From Geosiphon pyriformis uo1 (Eukaryota > Fungi > Glomeromycota): a DNA stretch of 64,000 bases. The DNA is taken from the NCBI GenBank assembly GCA_016748015.1, contig JAAOMT010000046.1, positions 496,001-560,000 of the forward strand, in the 5' to 3' direction. This document shows, one piece after another, positions 26,929 through 42,291 of this stretch; the first letter of the stretch is position 1; each line of letters begins with the position of its first letter. The position numbers and the translations under genes were made by a program. The notes under the pieces were generated by a model. That model had not been told where the DNA came from. It saw only the letters and a program-made list of their open reading frames with translations, and ran no database searches.

Positions 26929-28446
26929 AGTTAATAAGTAAAATCCAAAATTATTTAATTCAAAAAAATTATTTTTATTTTTATTAATAATTAATAATTA
27001 AAATTCAACTATTATTTACTATAATATAATAAAAATATATATTTTAAAATAAATATTATTCAAGCCAATTAAAACTATATTATATATCAAAAAAAAATTT
27101 ATTTATTTTTAAAACCAAATCAAATTAAATAAACTTTAAAAATATTTAATTTTATATAATTAAACTAAAAACAACAATTACAAAATTATATATATATATA
27201 TTAAACATTAAAATTTTAACATTGATAAAAAAAATTTTTTACTTAGTTTTTAATATTATATATTAATATTTAATTATTATTTTTGTATTTAATTATTATT
27301 TTATAATAAAATTCAATTAATTTAAAATAAATAACTTTTACAATTTTAAAAATCATCAATAATTTTTTAAATCAAGTTTTAATATAAAGTTTTTATATAA
27401 AATTATATAAAATAAATTATTTTTATTTGTATTATATAAAAACTAAACATAAAAATAATCAAATAAATAATTATAAACAATTAATATTTTAATGTTAAAA
27501 GTTTTATATATAAAAATACATAATATTATTTAAATAAAAAATAACCAAAAAAATTTTATTATTATTAATTAACCAATTAAATATTAAAATTATAAATAAT
27601 ATAATATTAAAAATATCAAAAAAGTTTCTAAAAATATTAAAATTACCAAGAATTTTAAGCATTTTAAAAATATTAAAATAATTAAAAATAATATTTACCA
27701 ATAAAAAAAAATTTAATAATTAAATAACTAAAAAACAAATCCCATTTTTATTTTTAAGTTAATATAATTTTAAATAAAATCATTATTTAAATTTATAAAT
27801 TCAAAATATTATTATTATTATTATTATTAAATTTATTAATAATTATTTTATATTAACAAATATTAAAATTATAATATCAATATCAATATTAATATTATTA
27901 TTATTATTTATTAATTTATAAATAAAATTTAAATGCTATTTAATATTATATATCAAATTAAATAGTCTAAATTAAATATAACCAGCTATTTAGACCAATA
28001 AAAACAATATTACATATTTATATTAATTAAAATAATATAATTAATATTAAAAAAAATATAGTTTTAGTAATATTAAACAATTTTACTATATTATTTTTTT
28101 TTTATTATGGTACAAATCATTTATAGTCATCAAACAATTTATATAATTTTAAATTGTATCTAGTCTTCCAATTTTAATAATATTAAAAAACTAAATCATA
28201 AATATGTTAGATTAAGTTCTTCTCTTTCACATTTATAGTTTAATTTTTTGAATTATATTATAATTTATAAAGTTATTAAAGTTTAAAATTAGCCACTTTT
28301 ATTATTAATCTTTAATTTTCGAATGCTGATCAATTAGATTTTAGCCAATCAACAATCACTAAAGTCACATTACCACGTAATAAATTATTGAAGTATTATC
28401 ATTTTCAGAAAGGCTTTCAATTAATATTAATCAAATCTTTAAATAG

Positions 28447-29130
28447 TCACTTTTTTATAAAGATATAATATCTCTCAGTCTGCATGTCTTCTGCTGGTGA
28501 TATGGCACCATTAATCATGAATATTCTATTTACACCACTACTATATTTGGTTGTCATTATTGGAACAGAAATCCAGATATCAATATTGTTTACACCAGGC
28601 GTCAAAGAAATCATAAAAGTACTATGAGCAATTGTTGGAGAATTTGGGAATGTTATTTGCACTCTATTTGTAACCTTGTGTTATTATAATGTGGATATTT
28701 ACTTTAAATTCACAAATAACCTTTCAATAACTATAATGTTGTATTTCAAAGAATTGCTTGGATCTAAGAGATATACAAAATCCCCTGTAATAAAGATTTC
28801 TGGTTAAATTTAATATTTAAATAATGAATTATACCAAAGAGAAATATAATGACTAAAATACCTATCATGTATTCGACTGAATCATGATCTAGTTTTAAAA
28901 TTGGTTTCCTAGGTTGTAAAAGGAATTTCGATTGTTGAATATTTCAACAACTTATTAGAATATGATATATAATAGCTTATCACAATAATCAAGAAACTTA
29001 CATCAGTTGGTGTTAATTTAGGGGAATCAGATTGGAATTGAAAGATCTTTGGCTTTATCTTGATTGAGAAAACTGAAGTTGTTTTAAAGCCCATAATCTT
29101 GAATAGCTTTTTTTTGTTAGTGTTGTACAT
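28447..29130 (-). pseudogene. Probable decayed intron-containing gene of unknown function
   Basis: Two ORF fragments are linked by canonical-looking introns 29001-28909 (GTAAGT..CCTAG) and 28861-28800 (GTATTT..ACCAG). The spliced frame KPILKLDHDSVEYMIEIFITGDFVYLLDP...VQITFPNSP contains TAA stops. No recognisable domain. Confidence 0.4.
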
Positions 29131-29368
29131 TTTTTAACGAGTTTGTTTTGATGCAAAAAATGTATGAAATGTATTAGTTCAAGTAAATAAAATCCAGATT
29201 TTTTTGTAAAAGCCTAATAAACTTCTTATTTATAAATAATATATTAAAAACACATGTATATTAACCAATAAAATTTAATTATATGAATAAAAACACATGA
29301 AGATTGTCATTTAAAATTTCGGACTGATTTACATTTTTGATGATTATAAATGGTTTGCACCATACAAA

Positions 29369-32300
29369 TTTTATGAATGAAACCCAACTGCTATCTAGTA
29401 CATAGAACCAAACTAAGTAAAACCAACTAAATGCAGTTCATGCACAGACTACATGTGGCCAGCCACTTGGACCAGACAAGGCAACATTATGCACTTATGC
29501 TGACAAAAGCACCACCATCCAAACCAGAGAAAAATTGACACAATTTGTATCTACCAAACCTAATAGCAAAGGATTCCATAATACCAAGTATACAAACAAC
29601 ACCAGCCGACAACCTAGAACCCATACTGCCAAACAAGCCAGAAACCAGACTATTATCCCCAACCAAGCTGGCTTTTTCCATATTTACCCTATGTTTGGCT
29701 CTAATAGACCATATCTTATTGTGATGTAACTTCACCAAAAACCTAACATATTCAACAAGGACTAGAACAGCTTCCTTTTTCCCCTCAAAAACTAAAACAG
29801 CTTCAGCATACTAATCTCCTATTACAAAACTCTTGCAAATTACTGTATAAAAACTCACATCCAAAAAACACAATGAAAGTAAAAGCAGAATAGCAAATGT
29901 AAATGGACTTGAAAGACCAGACATTGACATCTATTTTTCAGTAACTTCAACCAAAATGTTTCCACAGAGACCAGAGTCATCAGAACAGGTAAAAACATGA
30001 TTAAATAACTCCATCTTGCCACACATAAAGCACAACACCCCAAGATAACTCTTCTTATACAACTTTTTTCTAATTGTAACCAGCAGCTATTTGTATACAG
30101 CCTTTATTAAATATGTGCACAGATTGGCTGATTTTCTACTGGTAAACCCAAACAGCATATATGAATCAGGGTGCCAAATTGCTGCAGTAGTCCTCCAATC
30201 TATTTCTCTAATCATAACATTTGAAACAATATCAAAACCCAGACCAGTCTCCCAATGGGCACAGCATATTAACTGGTGTAAATCTCGAACAAAATAACAA
30301 GTATTGTCAGATACAGCAGATTTCTCAGCAATCATAAATCTTTTTCGAATTCCAACCGGCAAAGAAAAAGATAAGGAAGTTGCCTCATTAACTAATACAT
30401 CAATCTTAACATTGCCCACTACACCTGAATGCCCCTTAACCTTCACCTACTTAATTGAAATATTTTTATTCCTAAGAAAATTGTCTATATGCAATCTTTT
30501 GATCCAACATTGGTTACAGAAGTTAAGCATAGTAAGAGAAATCTCAGAAGTGCATGTATCAATCACAGATTAACTATCTGAGTATAAAACCACTAAACAT
30601 GAAGATGGAACACACTCTAAAGTCAATACTACAGTCTGCAATTCAGTTAAAATAGAGGACAAAAGCCCATTCACTCTAATCTCAATACTCGCATCTGCAG
30701 CCGAAAAGTATGCAGCCATTTTACCTGCCACCTTAGCAAAACCAGCATATTGTAAGGATCTATCTGTATAAACCTCAATACAATCAGACCACATCTCTAG
30801 TAAACTATCACAAACATCAGAAAATCTATCAGAATTTAAGACACTCAGCATATTCTTTCTCTTAGTAAAAGTAGTTCCAACTCCCAAAGAAACAGATTTG
30901 GTCATAAAATCAAATGTTAATGAAAACCAATGAGGCACTGAGCCTCTTAGATCCAACCACTTCCAACAATGAAATGTTTTCCAGTCTATCACCCTTCTAT
31001 TTTTATCAAGAAGTCTGTCACCAAATACAATACCAAATCGTTTTAATGACAAAACAGATTTAAAATACAAGGACTGATCTAAAATGTCAGATATTAGAAA
31101 GTTACCAAACTCACAAAAGACACAAGACAGATTGTTTGTTAATGACAACTCATTATTCAGAAAAATTTTCTCCACTCCAGCCAGAAAATTGTTTACAGAA
31201 CTAACATGCAACCTGACTGAAAATTGTAAAGGATCCAAAGGAGCCCAGTCCAGAACTTGTAAATCCAAGAATCTATAATTAAATAATCATCTCAGAATGC
31301 CACAGTTATTGAAGAATAAGATCAATAATGCCAGCTTCCCTTTAGACTGTACTTGCTCAAAGAGCTTTAAACTATACAAAAAAGGATGGTGCAAGATCTC
31401 ACTGAGAAAGTCATACAGCAAACCAGCTTTGGTCTTAAGACCTTTCCTAATCATAATGTCTCACTTACAACACATAGCTAAAGAAACAAAACTGAATTGT
31501 GTATGATAACCAACTATGGACTACAAAACTGCTGACACCAAATAACAAAATTGTTTGTCTGTGATAGTCTTTCTTAACATTACATTAGAAAAAAACTTGA
31601 TGTCTATATAAGCTTGAGCCAAACTGAATTTAGAGAGACCCTCAGTTGACAGAAATATGCCTAAATATTGGTGTGGCTCTCCCTTTTTAGCAATTGAAAT
31701 TGGCAATCCATTGATCAACAGTGAGGCATTCTTAATTCCTTAATTGATTGAAATAACTACTGTTTTATCAATATTAATTGAGATGTCATTGATCATAAAA
31801 AATTCACATGCAATGTTCAAAATATACTGTATAGAAGCATGATTACTACTGATCCAAATTGTATCATCAACAAATAAACCAGCAGCTAAAAAAGAAGTTT
31901 TTCCTCTAATTGTCTTAATCCTGTCAGACTTAGCCACAAACTTAGAATCAATCCTGTATTCACATAAGTATTCATGTCTTTTTACCTCACACAGAAATAA
32001 GTCATAAAAGACCCTCCAAAGTAGCAAAGAGAAAACCTCCCCCTGATTCAACTTATTATGTACTCTGTAGCCTTCTGAGAGCCCAAAATCTGTTATCACT
32101 CTGTTGACCCAGTTCTCATGAATGTTACCAAAAAATTGGATGAAGTGTTTACACATTTTTATATGATATAAGCTTGCTCACAAATGATGCCAGCCTACTA
32201 AATTATAGGCTTTGTGCATATCTTGTAGTACTAACCAAAGCTCTCTGTTTTTCTCTAGAATATTTTCAACAACCAAACCAATAACAAAAATAGGAGACTG

Positions 32301-35300
32301 GGTGGAAGTACTCTTCAACACTAAAAAATTGTTACCACAAAGAACATTAAACTTGCTATAAGCCAATGATATTTGATCAGATAAAATCTTAGAAAATATT
32401 TTACATGCAATATTAACTAATGTGATAGGTCTAGTATTTATTAGAACACCATTTCATTCATAAGGTTTTGGAATCATAGAAACCCACACTTTTTTTTAGG
32501 GATTAAGAACTGCACCCTGACTTAAACACAAATTCAACAGTCTTAAAAGACAGACCAAAACCTCTTTATCACAATGCTTCCAAAGTTCATTAAATATCCC
32601 TAACAACTCAGCAGCTTTATTATTTGGCAGGTTATCAACAACCAAAGACAATTCTTCCATACCAATTACATCTATTACATCAGAAAAAGCATTATTATCT
32701 ACATAATTTAGAGGCATATATTGTCGAGACCAGAGGTTAGGCATTTTTGGAAGAATTAATCACTTTCTTGTCCACCCTTCTATAATTTTATCGACCCTGA
32801 GCAATACCTCTTTAGACTCAACAACCAGCTTATTATCCACTACTAAGTGATCCAAAACTATCTTGTGAAATAGATGTTTCAAGATGCTTTTTATTATTTT
32901 CTCTTTGTTAAAACAAAAATTATCCATATGGTAGTCAATCGTCTTTCTTATAGTAGTATTCTTAGCAATTCTAGACTTGCAATATTTGGACTTTCAATAC
33001 TTCTTTCTTACTACTAACAAATGCTTAACCAGCTTCACTAAGCTCATACCAGTTAAAACTATGCTATTAACCTTGGAAGCCTCAACACTATTAATAGCCA
33101 ACCAGACCTTAATAAGATGGTTGAAATTCAATAAATCACCAGAATTCCAACATTTCAAAATCTTTGCAATAAGCTGTTCCAATTTAAAGAATCTTAAAGA
33201 TTGTTTATTCCTTGAACAGTCACATTCACCATATTACATCTTAGAGAAAACTGTATTGGCAGCTTGTACTATGGCCTCTTCTAGCATTTTTCACATTGTA
33301 TTTAAGTTACTGTTGTCTTCTGCCTCTTCAAACATATCCAACCTAGCCAACAATTCAGCAAACATGTGGTCTTTAAAGCCCAACTATTAAACATCATTTA
33401 CATCCTTTAAATTGAATTTCTACTGGTTTTTGTTGGCTTGCCTGCAAATGCTAATAAGATGGGCATTCAGTAGTCCACTCAGACCAATTGAAACTGAAAC
33501 TGACTTATAATCTGTATCAAAAAACTCAGACACATCATTGACCTTATGTGATGTAATAGTAGACACCAAATTTCCACTCACTAAAATAAAATCAATTACC
33601 CTCTCAACACTCTTAGAATAGCTTCAAGTAATAGCTTTGGCCAGCAAGTGTCCATCAAAAGTGTTAACTAGATCCAAACCCAAACAAAACTTGAAACTTG
33701 CACTTTTTTGAGATCCATTCTCATTAAAGTTACCACCCAAAATCACAAAAAAGCTGGAATTAACCACCTTGAAAATCATAAAATTGATAACAGCAGCTTG
33801 ACCAAAATGTGTGCCAACAGACACACCAGTATATAGACCCAAAATCATAACTGAAAGCTTGTTTTTGAACAAAAAACACACAGAAATCAACTGACCAGGA
33901 ATCTCATCTACTTTCAAAACATGTTAAGCCAAAGAAGTATTCATGATAATGGCAATGCCAGCACCTCAAAAACTAACATCCAAACCAGTAGTAAAGACCT
34001 AGACACCATCAAACTTACTCATAATCCAAGACTTAATATCAGATCTCAATTTTGTCTTAGTAACAATAGAAATCATATTATCCAAATTCTTATGTTAATG
34101 AACAATGTTATCTTGTTTAGCCAAATTCATCATACTCCTAGTATTATATGTAGTCACCCTCCAAACAAGCTTACTCATTGATGCAAATAATGTGTCAAGG
34201 AGTCTGAATTTACACACAACAGGTTTAATTTCCCCAAAATTAAGTTAATAGAAACTTCAAGAGCTATTATTTTAGATTTTAATCTGCCAACTTTAGAAGT
34301 CAGAACTTTTAAATTACTTAAACCCAAATCAACTGTTTTTTCTTTTATCTTAAGAGATGAAGGAGGAAGAGATGGCTGTAGAATATCCAAAACCATATTA
34401 GCATCTGACATTGACAACACAAGAATAGAGACATTTGAATGTCCAACTTTGGAAACAGGCACCAAGGGCACCAGCTCCACACCATTCAATCTGTATAAAA
34501 CATCTGATACTTGATTAGCTAACAATTTCAAAGAGTGTTCTAATGAAGTCTGACAATTGTTAATTGAGAAACTATCATGATTAGCCAGAGTATCCCCTTT
34601 ATTATGGACAATACCAAGAGAAAAAAAACCAGTCCCAAAACCAGAACTGAAATGAAAGCCACCAGAAAAAGAAGCGATTGAAACTACTTACGTCCAAAAC
34701 TTGCCACCAAAAGCAGCAGAACAGAAAATAGGAACATTTTTCTTCACATACAGCTTTGCTAGCTGAAGGCAATGTATATCTAAAGTGACTTTTTTAATAA
34801 ACCTTGAAGATTTAGCATTAGGTGCAATAGTTGTATCACACTCCATAGCAAAATAACCAAAGCATTCACAATTCCTACAGTAAACCAAATCCAATCTAGT
34901 CCAAGAAAGTTTAATACCACCAAAAATTGGCTCAGTTCAATATGCAAATTCAAGACATGCTTTAGATTCAAAATCAACCACAGCATATCAAATTTGGTTG
35001 CCAGTATCAAGTGAGTGATTAATGATGTAAGTTTTGCTGCCAATCTTGTCCAAAAGAGTGCCCAGATCATGAGCAATTGTATTCACAGACAAAGTAAACA
35101 ACAAAGCCCTAAACCAATCCCTTGATGTCCAGATATTGCAATCTCTTTCAGCCATAGTCACATGTACCGAATTTTTACCAATTAGAAAGAACCATCTAAC
35201 AGCCAAAAGCTCAGCCTGATCTAATTCAGCAAATTTCACTACAGCCTTTTGCCATAATCCAATTAGTTAAACTTTGATCAACTTAATTTTGCCAAACTCA

Positions 35301-36182
35301 GCTAGAGCAGTGACAATTATTTTCTTCAGTGTGTTTATGAGAATTTTTTTGATGACCACAGCCCAATCTGAATGAATTCCTTGTCTCTTAAGATTGTTGT
35401 TTACATTGATCTCTTTTTTTCTGGCCAATGATATGGCTATTTCCATGCTTTTTTCTGAAATAAAGATAGATCAGATGATCTCTTCAAATTTTGAAGGGGT
35501 AGTGGTCCCCCCAAAACCATTAACTAATGAAAATAATTTTCTGATGAATTAAGTTTTGGCTGTCGCTGATTTTCCATCCACAGCTAATAGATTAATGTTC
35601 AAAGCAAAAGATTTTTTTACTGACACCTCAACTTGAATTTTTATGATCTTAGGATCAATTCACTTTTTATCAAGAGAGAATTAGGGGAGGAGAGAAAAAG
35701 CCCACTTCTTTATCTATTTCAAAGTTTATAACTCTAACAGAAGGACCACTAATTAAACCAATATTGCTCTTCTTAGCTTTGGGAGTAGAAGCTGCTGAAC
35801 CAAGAAGAAAACCACTATTTGAGCCCACCACAAAGCCACCAGCTTCATTGTCACTGTACTTACTGTCCATATTCAAATACATACCCTCACTGACACCAGG
35901 TTTGACCAACAAAATTTTCTTTTCATCTCCAGAGTGTTTTATATTGCCAACAGAAACCTTCTTCTTTTGAGAGAAAGTACTATCAACAGAGCCATAAAGG
36001 GCACCTTTTGGGCCTTTTTTTATAGACATAATGCTATTTAAAGCAGCCTTTAGGCTTACTACAAAGGAGTTATTAGCTTGAAAAATGTTGAAGGTAATAT
36101 AACAAGTGAGATAAAAAACAAAAACTTCTTTTTCAAAATTTGCTTTTTGGGGAATTTGGACGAAGGAAAGAAAGAAGTTTTA
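29369..36182 (-). mobile_element. LINE copy B: near full-length decayed element, no nested insertion
   Basis: Same 5' terminus as copy A. ORF1 has CRNCECFGYFAMEC; APE GGNFNE; RT QGEVFSLLLW and LFVDDTIW; RNase H VYTD..YSDS..KVKGHSGVVGN. The 3' UTR is homologous to A and C but the AATAAAA tail is missing. Confidence 0.93.
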
Positions 36183-36937
36183 TTATATTATTTAAAAATA
36201 ATAACAATTTATTAATAATTAAAAGTATTAACTTATTATATAAAACCAAATTTTTTTTATTTATAATTATTCTAAAATTTAATTAATTATATTTTATTAT
36301 AATAAACAATTTCCAAATTATGAATAAAATTAATAATTTTATTAATAATAACTTTAATAATTTTATTAATAATAACTTTAATATTATTAAAAATAAATAG
36401 AATTTTACAATACTAATCTGTAAAAACAATTTTTTTGTACAAAACAATATATATTATATTATTAAATACACAGAAAAATAATATTTATAATATATATAAA
36501 AATATAATAAACACTTTTGACAATAATATTTATTAAATAATAAATAAATTTAATATTTTTTTATAAGTATTAAAATCTATTAAATCTTACTACAATAAAG
36601 ATATAAAACATTAAAATATTTTTTACTATATAAATATTTTTAAATTATTAAAAAAAAATAATAATATAAAGTTTTAATAAAATAAAAATACAAATTAATT
36701 ATAATATTATTTATAAATTCAAAAATTATATATAAATTAAAATATCAAATCAAAAAATTTTAAATTCAATTAATGTTTCTAATTATATTTTTATTAATAA
36801 TATTAAAACTAAATTCAATTTCTTAATAAGTATAACAAATAATTTTAAAACCATTATAAATAAAGTATTAGGTATTTTTTAAAAACAGCTGTTTTATTTG
36901 TTTTAATATATTTTTTATAAATATTAACAATAAATAA

Positions 36938-39900
36938 TTTTTTTTATTAACATATTTAATGAGTAAAACCCAACTATTATCTAGTATATAGAGCCAAACT
37001 AAGTGACCCAAACTAAATACAGCTTATACACTTACTATATGTGGTTAGCCACTCAAATCAGACAAGACAACACTATACACTTATACTAATTTATACATTA
37101 CCATTTAGACCAGAAAAAAAATAACATGGCTTGTAATAACCAAAACTAATAGCAAAAGTCTTAACAATACCAAGCAGCCTAACTATCTTATCAAAAAACA
37201 TTGAGGACACCTTACAAAGCAGTCCAGAAATCACACCACTATTATGAACTAAACCAATTTTTTCTATTTTCATTCTGTGCTCTAATCTCACCAACCATGT
37301 CTTAGCATAATGCAATTCTACAACAAATCTTATATATTCAACAATCTTAACAACAGTTTTTTTTCTATCTTTGAAAATACCAAAAGTCTTATCACATTAT
37401 TTCTTCAACATAAATTTCTTATACACTACAGTATATAAACCAACATCTAAAAAATATTGAGAGAGGACCTGCAAAATAGCAGAAGAAAACAAATCATAAA
37501 CACCAGCCAAAGCAGTTTACTATGCAGAAGTCTCAACCAAAATTTCACCACAAACAATAATATTCTAAGTATAAGTAAAAGCATGATTCAAAAACTCCAT
37601 CTCACTACACAACAAATACAGCATACCAAAATAACTTTTATTGTACAACTTTTTTTTGACTGCTACTGGCAGCCACTTGTGTATAACTTTTATCAAATAT
37701 GTGCACAAGTTGGAAGACTTCTGACTAGTAAACCTAGTGAGCATATAAAAATTGGGGTGCCATATCTTTGCAGTAAAAGTCTAGTTTACATACTTAATCA
37801 ACATATCCAGAACCACACTTTCGCACACCAGCCAGTAATAAAAAAGAAGACTGCACAGCTATTCCAGCTGCAGAATTAGTCTTTACATTACCAACAACTC
37901 CAGAATGGTCCTTAATTTTAACCCAATTCACAATAAAATTTTTATCCCTAATCAAATTAAAAATATGCTGTCTCTTAATCCAACACCAGTTATGAAAATC
38001 AGATATAGCAAATAACAATTTCAATATACACACATTAATAGCAGCTTGGCTATTGAGATGTAATACTACTGTACTAGAAGGTGGAACACACTTTAAAAAC
38101 AAAACAACAACTTGCAACTTGGCCATAATAAAAAACAAGAGACCACAAACTGCAACATCAATACTTATATCCAAGACTGGAAAGTACATAGCTGCACTAC
38201 TAGTAATATCAGCAGAGCCAACATCCTTTAATAAACCATCTATATACATTTCAAAAAGACCAAACCAAATCTTGTGCAAACCATTTCTCACAGCAAATAG
38301 CTTGTCAGATCTCAGAATATTCAAACCATATAACCAAGCAAAATTAACACAGTTAGATAGAGATGAAATATGACTCAACAAGTACTTAGATGTAATCCCA
38401 AACCAGCAAGAAACAGAGCCCTATAGATCCAGTCTCTTCCAATAATGAAAAGTCTTTCAATCCAATACACTACCCTTTTTATCAACAAATCAATCACCAA
38501 AAGCAATCCCAAAGTGTTTTAGAGAACAAACAGAATCAAAGTACAATGCTTTTCCAAGAATCAATAATATTAGAAAATAACCAGAATTGCAAAAAGCATT
38601 AAGAAAATTGTTTGCTAAAAAAAGCTTACTGCTTAAAAAAATTTTTACTATACCAGCCAAAAAATTGTTCATCAGACTAACACATAACTTGACAAAAAAT
38701 TACAAAAGATCCAAAGGAGCCCACCCTAAAACTTGTAAGTCCAAAAATCTATAATTAAATAATCATCCAATAATGTTTAAAACATTAAAAAAAAACACCA
38801 AAAAACCCATCTTTTCTTCAGATTGCACCTGTTTAAAAGATTTTAAGTCATACAAAGAGGGATAATATAAAACAGTATTAAAAAAATCATAGGGCAAACA
38901 TGTTTTAAGTTTTAGATCCTTCTTAAGCATAGCATCTTATTTGTAATACATATTAGCTGAGACAAAACTAAACTGAGTCCAGTAGTTAATTATAGATTAC
39001 AAGACAGCCAATACTAAATATGAGAATTGTTTATTCATAATAGTCTTCCTAAGAACAACATTAACAAAGGACCAAACATTAGAATAAGCCTTGGAAACAC
39101 TTGGCTTGGATAAACTTTCAGTAAACAAAAAAATCTTCAGATAGTAATGTGTTTCATTTTTCTTGGCAATTGAAATCAGCTAATTATCAATATTTAAAAA
39201 AGCAACCCTAACCTCCTGATTAATGGAAATAGCCACTATTTTTTCATTGTTAATAGAAATATTATTGATAACAAAAAACTTACTGGCAATGTTTAAAGTA
39301 TATTGAGTAGCAGCCTAACAGTTTTTGATCCAAATTGTATTATCAACAAACATGTCTACTATAAAATAAGAACTTATTTTGCCACTACTTTCAACTCTGC
39401 CTATCTTTGAAACAAACTTAGTATTGATCTAGTACCCACACAATTGTTTATGTTTTTTAATTTTACACAAAAGCAAATTGTAGAAGATCTTCCAAAGAAA
39501 AAGTGAAAAGACTTTATCTTAATCCAAACCATTATGCACTCTATAGCTATTTAACAAGCCAAAATTAGTTATCACTCTGTTTATCCTATTTTTATGTATA
39601 TTGCCAAAAATCTTATGAATCTGTTACATATTTTGATCCATTGTAAGCTAGCCTTCAAGTAATGCCACTTAATAAAATTGTATACTTTATGTATATCTTA
39701 CAAGACTAACCAAAGTTTTCTATCCTTTTTGAGAGCATTTTCAATCACTAACCTGATAGTAAATACAGAAGATTGTATGGATATATTCTTTAATACTGAA
39801 AAGTTATTACTCTAAAAAACATCAAACTTGTTATATGCAGATAAAATATGATCAGACAGAACCTTAAAGAAAATTTTCCTAGCAGTCTCAATCAAAGCTA

Positions 39901-42291
39901 TAAGTTAAGTATTTGTAAAAATCCCATTTCAGTCATAAGGTTTAGAAATTATTGAAATCTATGCTCTTTTTCATAAAGCAAAAACACCACTGACAGCCAA
40001 ACATGTATTTAATAGCTTTAAAAGCCACCTCAAAACTTTATTACCATTATGTTTTCACATTTTATTAAAAATGCCAGACAATTTAATAGCTTTGCCATTA
40101 AGTAGACTATCAACAACCAAGAGCAAATTACTTATACTAATAAGATATATTACAACAAAAAAAACATCATCTTTTACATGATTTAATGGTGTTATCAGAG
40201 ATTTTTGGTCTCTTTTCTTGAATGTTGTTAATGTTGATTTGCTGTAAATTTACATTCTCAAAAAGTAGTTGGACTTTTAGTAACTGAATTTATCTTCAAA
40301 TTATCTTTTATAATTTGAACTACTGAGCTTATAAGTGGAATGGCCAATTCCATGTCAGTTGTTTTGTGTAGTTACATTGTAGTAAATATCAATTCTTTTC
40401 CAGGAATTGCTTGTCTAAAAGCTTACTAAAATGTGTAGTTACTTTGCTGTAAAAGTTAACTCTTCTACAGGAATTTTGTTTGTAGGCTACCCTAATAATT
40501 GTAATAAAAAAATAAAAGAAAAATAAAAGAAATGTAAAAGAAATGGGATTTTATCAAGAGAAACGTTTTTTATTCAGGCCTGGAGTCACTAACAGATTAC
40601 TGAAATTAATAGCTAATCAATTTTAAAACATTAGTTTGTGTTGAGAGAATTTCAAATGTAATAATCAAAAAATTTAATTTTCGAATATTTAATTTTTATT
40701 TGAATGTGTAAAAAGTGATTTGTTCCAATTAAAATATCTAAAGTAAGATACTATGAAAAGATGTATTTTTTTGAAGAGAGAAGCTCTTTTTTTATATAAC
40801 TTGTTGTAGTACTAGTCTTTGAACTTGCACTTTTCTCTTTGCTACAATTTGGGTAAACTAAAGATACATTTTAGCAAACTACAAGTTATTTCACTAAACT
40901 ATTGATTATTTCGGCCAATTTTTATTAATTTTGGCAAATTTTGACTATGTTAAATAGTTCAGAGTATTGTGTAATTTGATCATCTTAATTTTTATTGTAC
41001 AAATCGAATTATTGATTAAGTAATAATATTTGATAATTTGATTAATTAATAAGTAATAATTAAAATAATAATAATATATGCTAATTAATAATAAGAATTA
41101 TGAGGGTAATTTCATGCTAATTAATAGTTAAAATTCTACTGGTAACAATGGCACATATTGTCTAGTCCAGAGATTAGACAACACCAAAGACACTTTCCAC
41201 ACTCTTATTCAGCTTTCTATAATTCTATTAACACTATGCTTCACCTTATTTGGCTCCAAAACCAACTTTTTATTTACTACTAAATGATTCAAAACCACTT
41301 TGTAAAAAGACTTGTCTAAAATATTCTTTATTATGCTCTCTTTATTCAAACAAAAGCTTTCTATGTACTTGTTAATTGCTTTCTTAATAGACATCTTTTT
41401 AGCCAATTTTGACTCATAAAGCTTAAACTTTCTGTACTTCTTTTAAACCATTAACAAATGCTTAAGAATAATCATTGACTTTTTATTAAGTTAAATCATA
41501 TTCATAATCTTACAAGCCTTATCAGAGTCTAGAGTTGACTATTTTTCAATGAAATACTTAAAACCAAGCATATTACCTAAGCCCAATCTCTTAACAATCT
41601 TGGCAACTAACAATTTCAACCCAAAAAATTTTGAATATTGTTTGTTTTTTAAATACTGATATATACTAAACCAATATTTAGAAAATGTCTTATCAGCTGA
41701 TTCCATTATTACTTTTTTCAACAACTTCCATATTATATTTAAATTATTACAAGCTTCTGTTACCAAGAACTCATTCTCTACTGCTGACAACTTAGCTATA
41801 GAACACTCTTTAAATTTCACTCATTTAGTAACATTTGCATCCTTGATCTTAAACTTTTAATGGTCTTTGTTAGCCTGCTTGCACAAGCTATTTAAATGAA
41901 CATTTAGAAGTCCATCCAAGCTAATAGATACCATAACAGCTTTATGATTAGTGTTGAAAAATCTAGAAACAGATCCAATCTTATAACCAATAACAGCTAA
42001 AGACAAATTCTCACTAAAAAAAATGTAATTAATAGTTTTCTTAACCTTTTTTGAATTGTTTCACATAAAAGTTTTGGTTAAATAATGGCCAGAAAACAAA
42101 TTGACCAAACCCAAATCCAAACAAAACTTGAAATTTATACTCTTTCCAAACTCATTTTTATTAAAGTCATTACCTAATATCACAAAATTGCTGAAGTTGA
42201 CAGCCTTTACAATAAGAGAGTTTATCTCCAAAGTCTGTTCAAATTTAGCTTTAGACAAAGCACCAATATACAAGTTCAAAACTGTAACCGA
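36938..42291 (-). mobile_element. LINE copy C: 3' two-thirds (APE C-terminal part to poly-A tail); cut at 42291 by Gypsy A and containing a solo LTR
   Basis: Poly-T at 36938-36945 plus the conserved 3' UTR; RNase H MYIDG..LNSQAA..KDHSGVVGN; RT MFVDNTIW; APE ILGNDFNK. Confidence 0.9.
40190..41147 (-). mobile_element. Solo LTR of Gypsy family B (958 bp)
   Basis: TGTTAT...GTAACA termini; TSD ATGG (40186-40189 / 41148-41151); colinear with the LTRs at 51302-52271 and 60183-61152. Confidence 0.95.
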
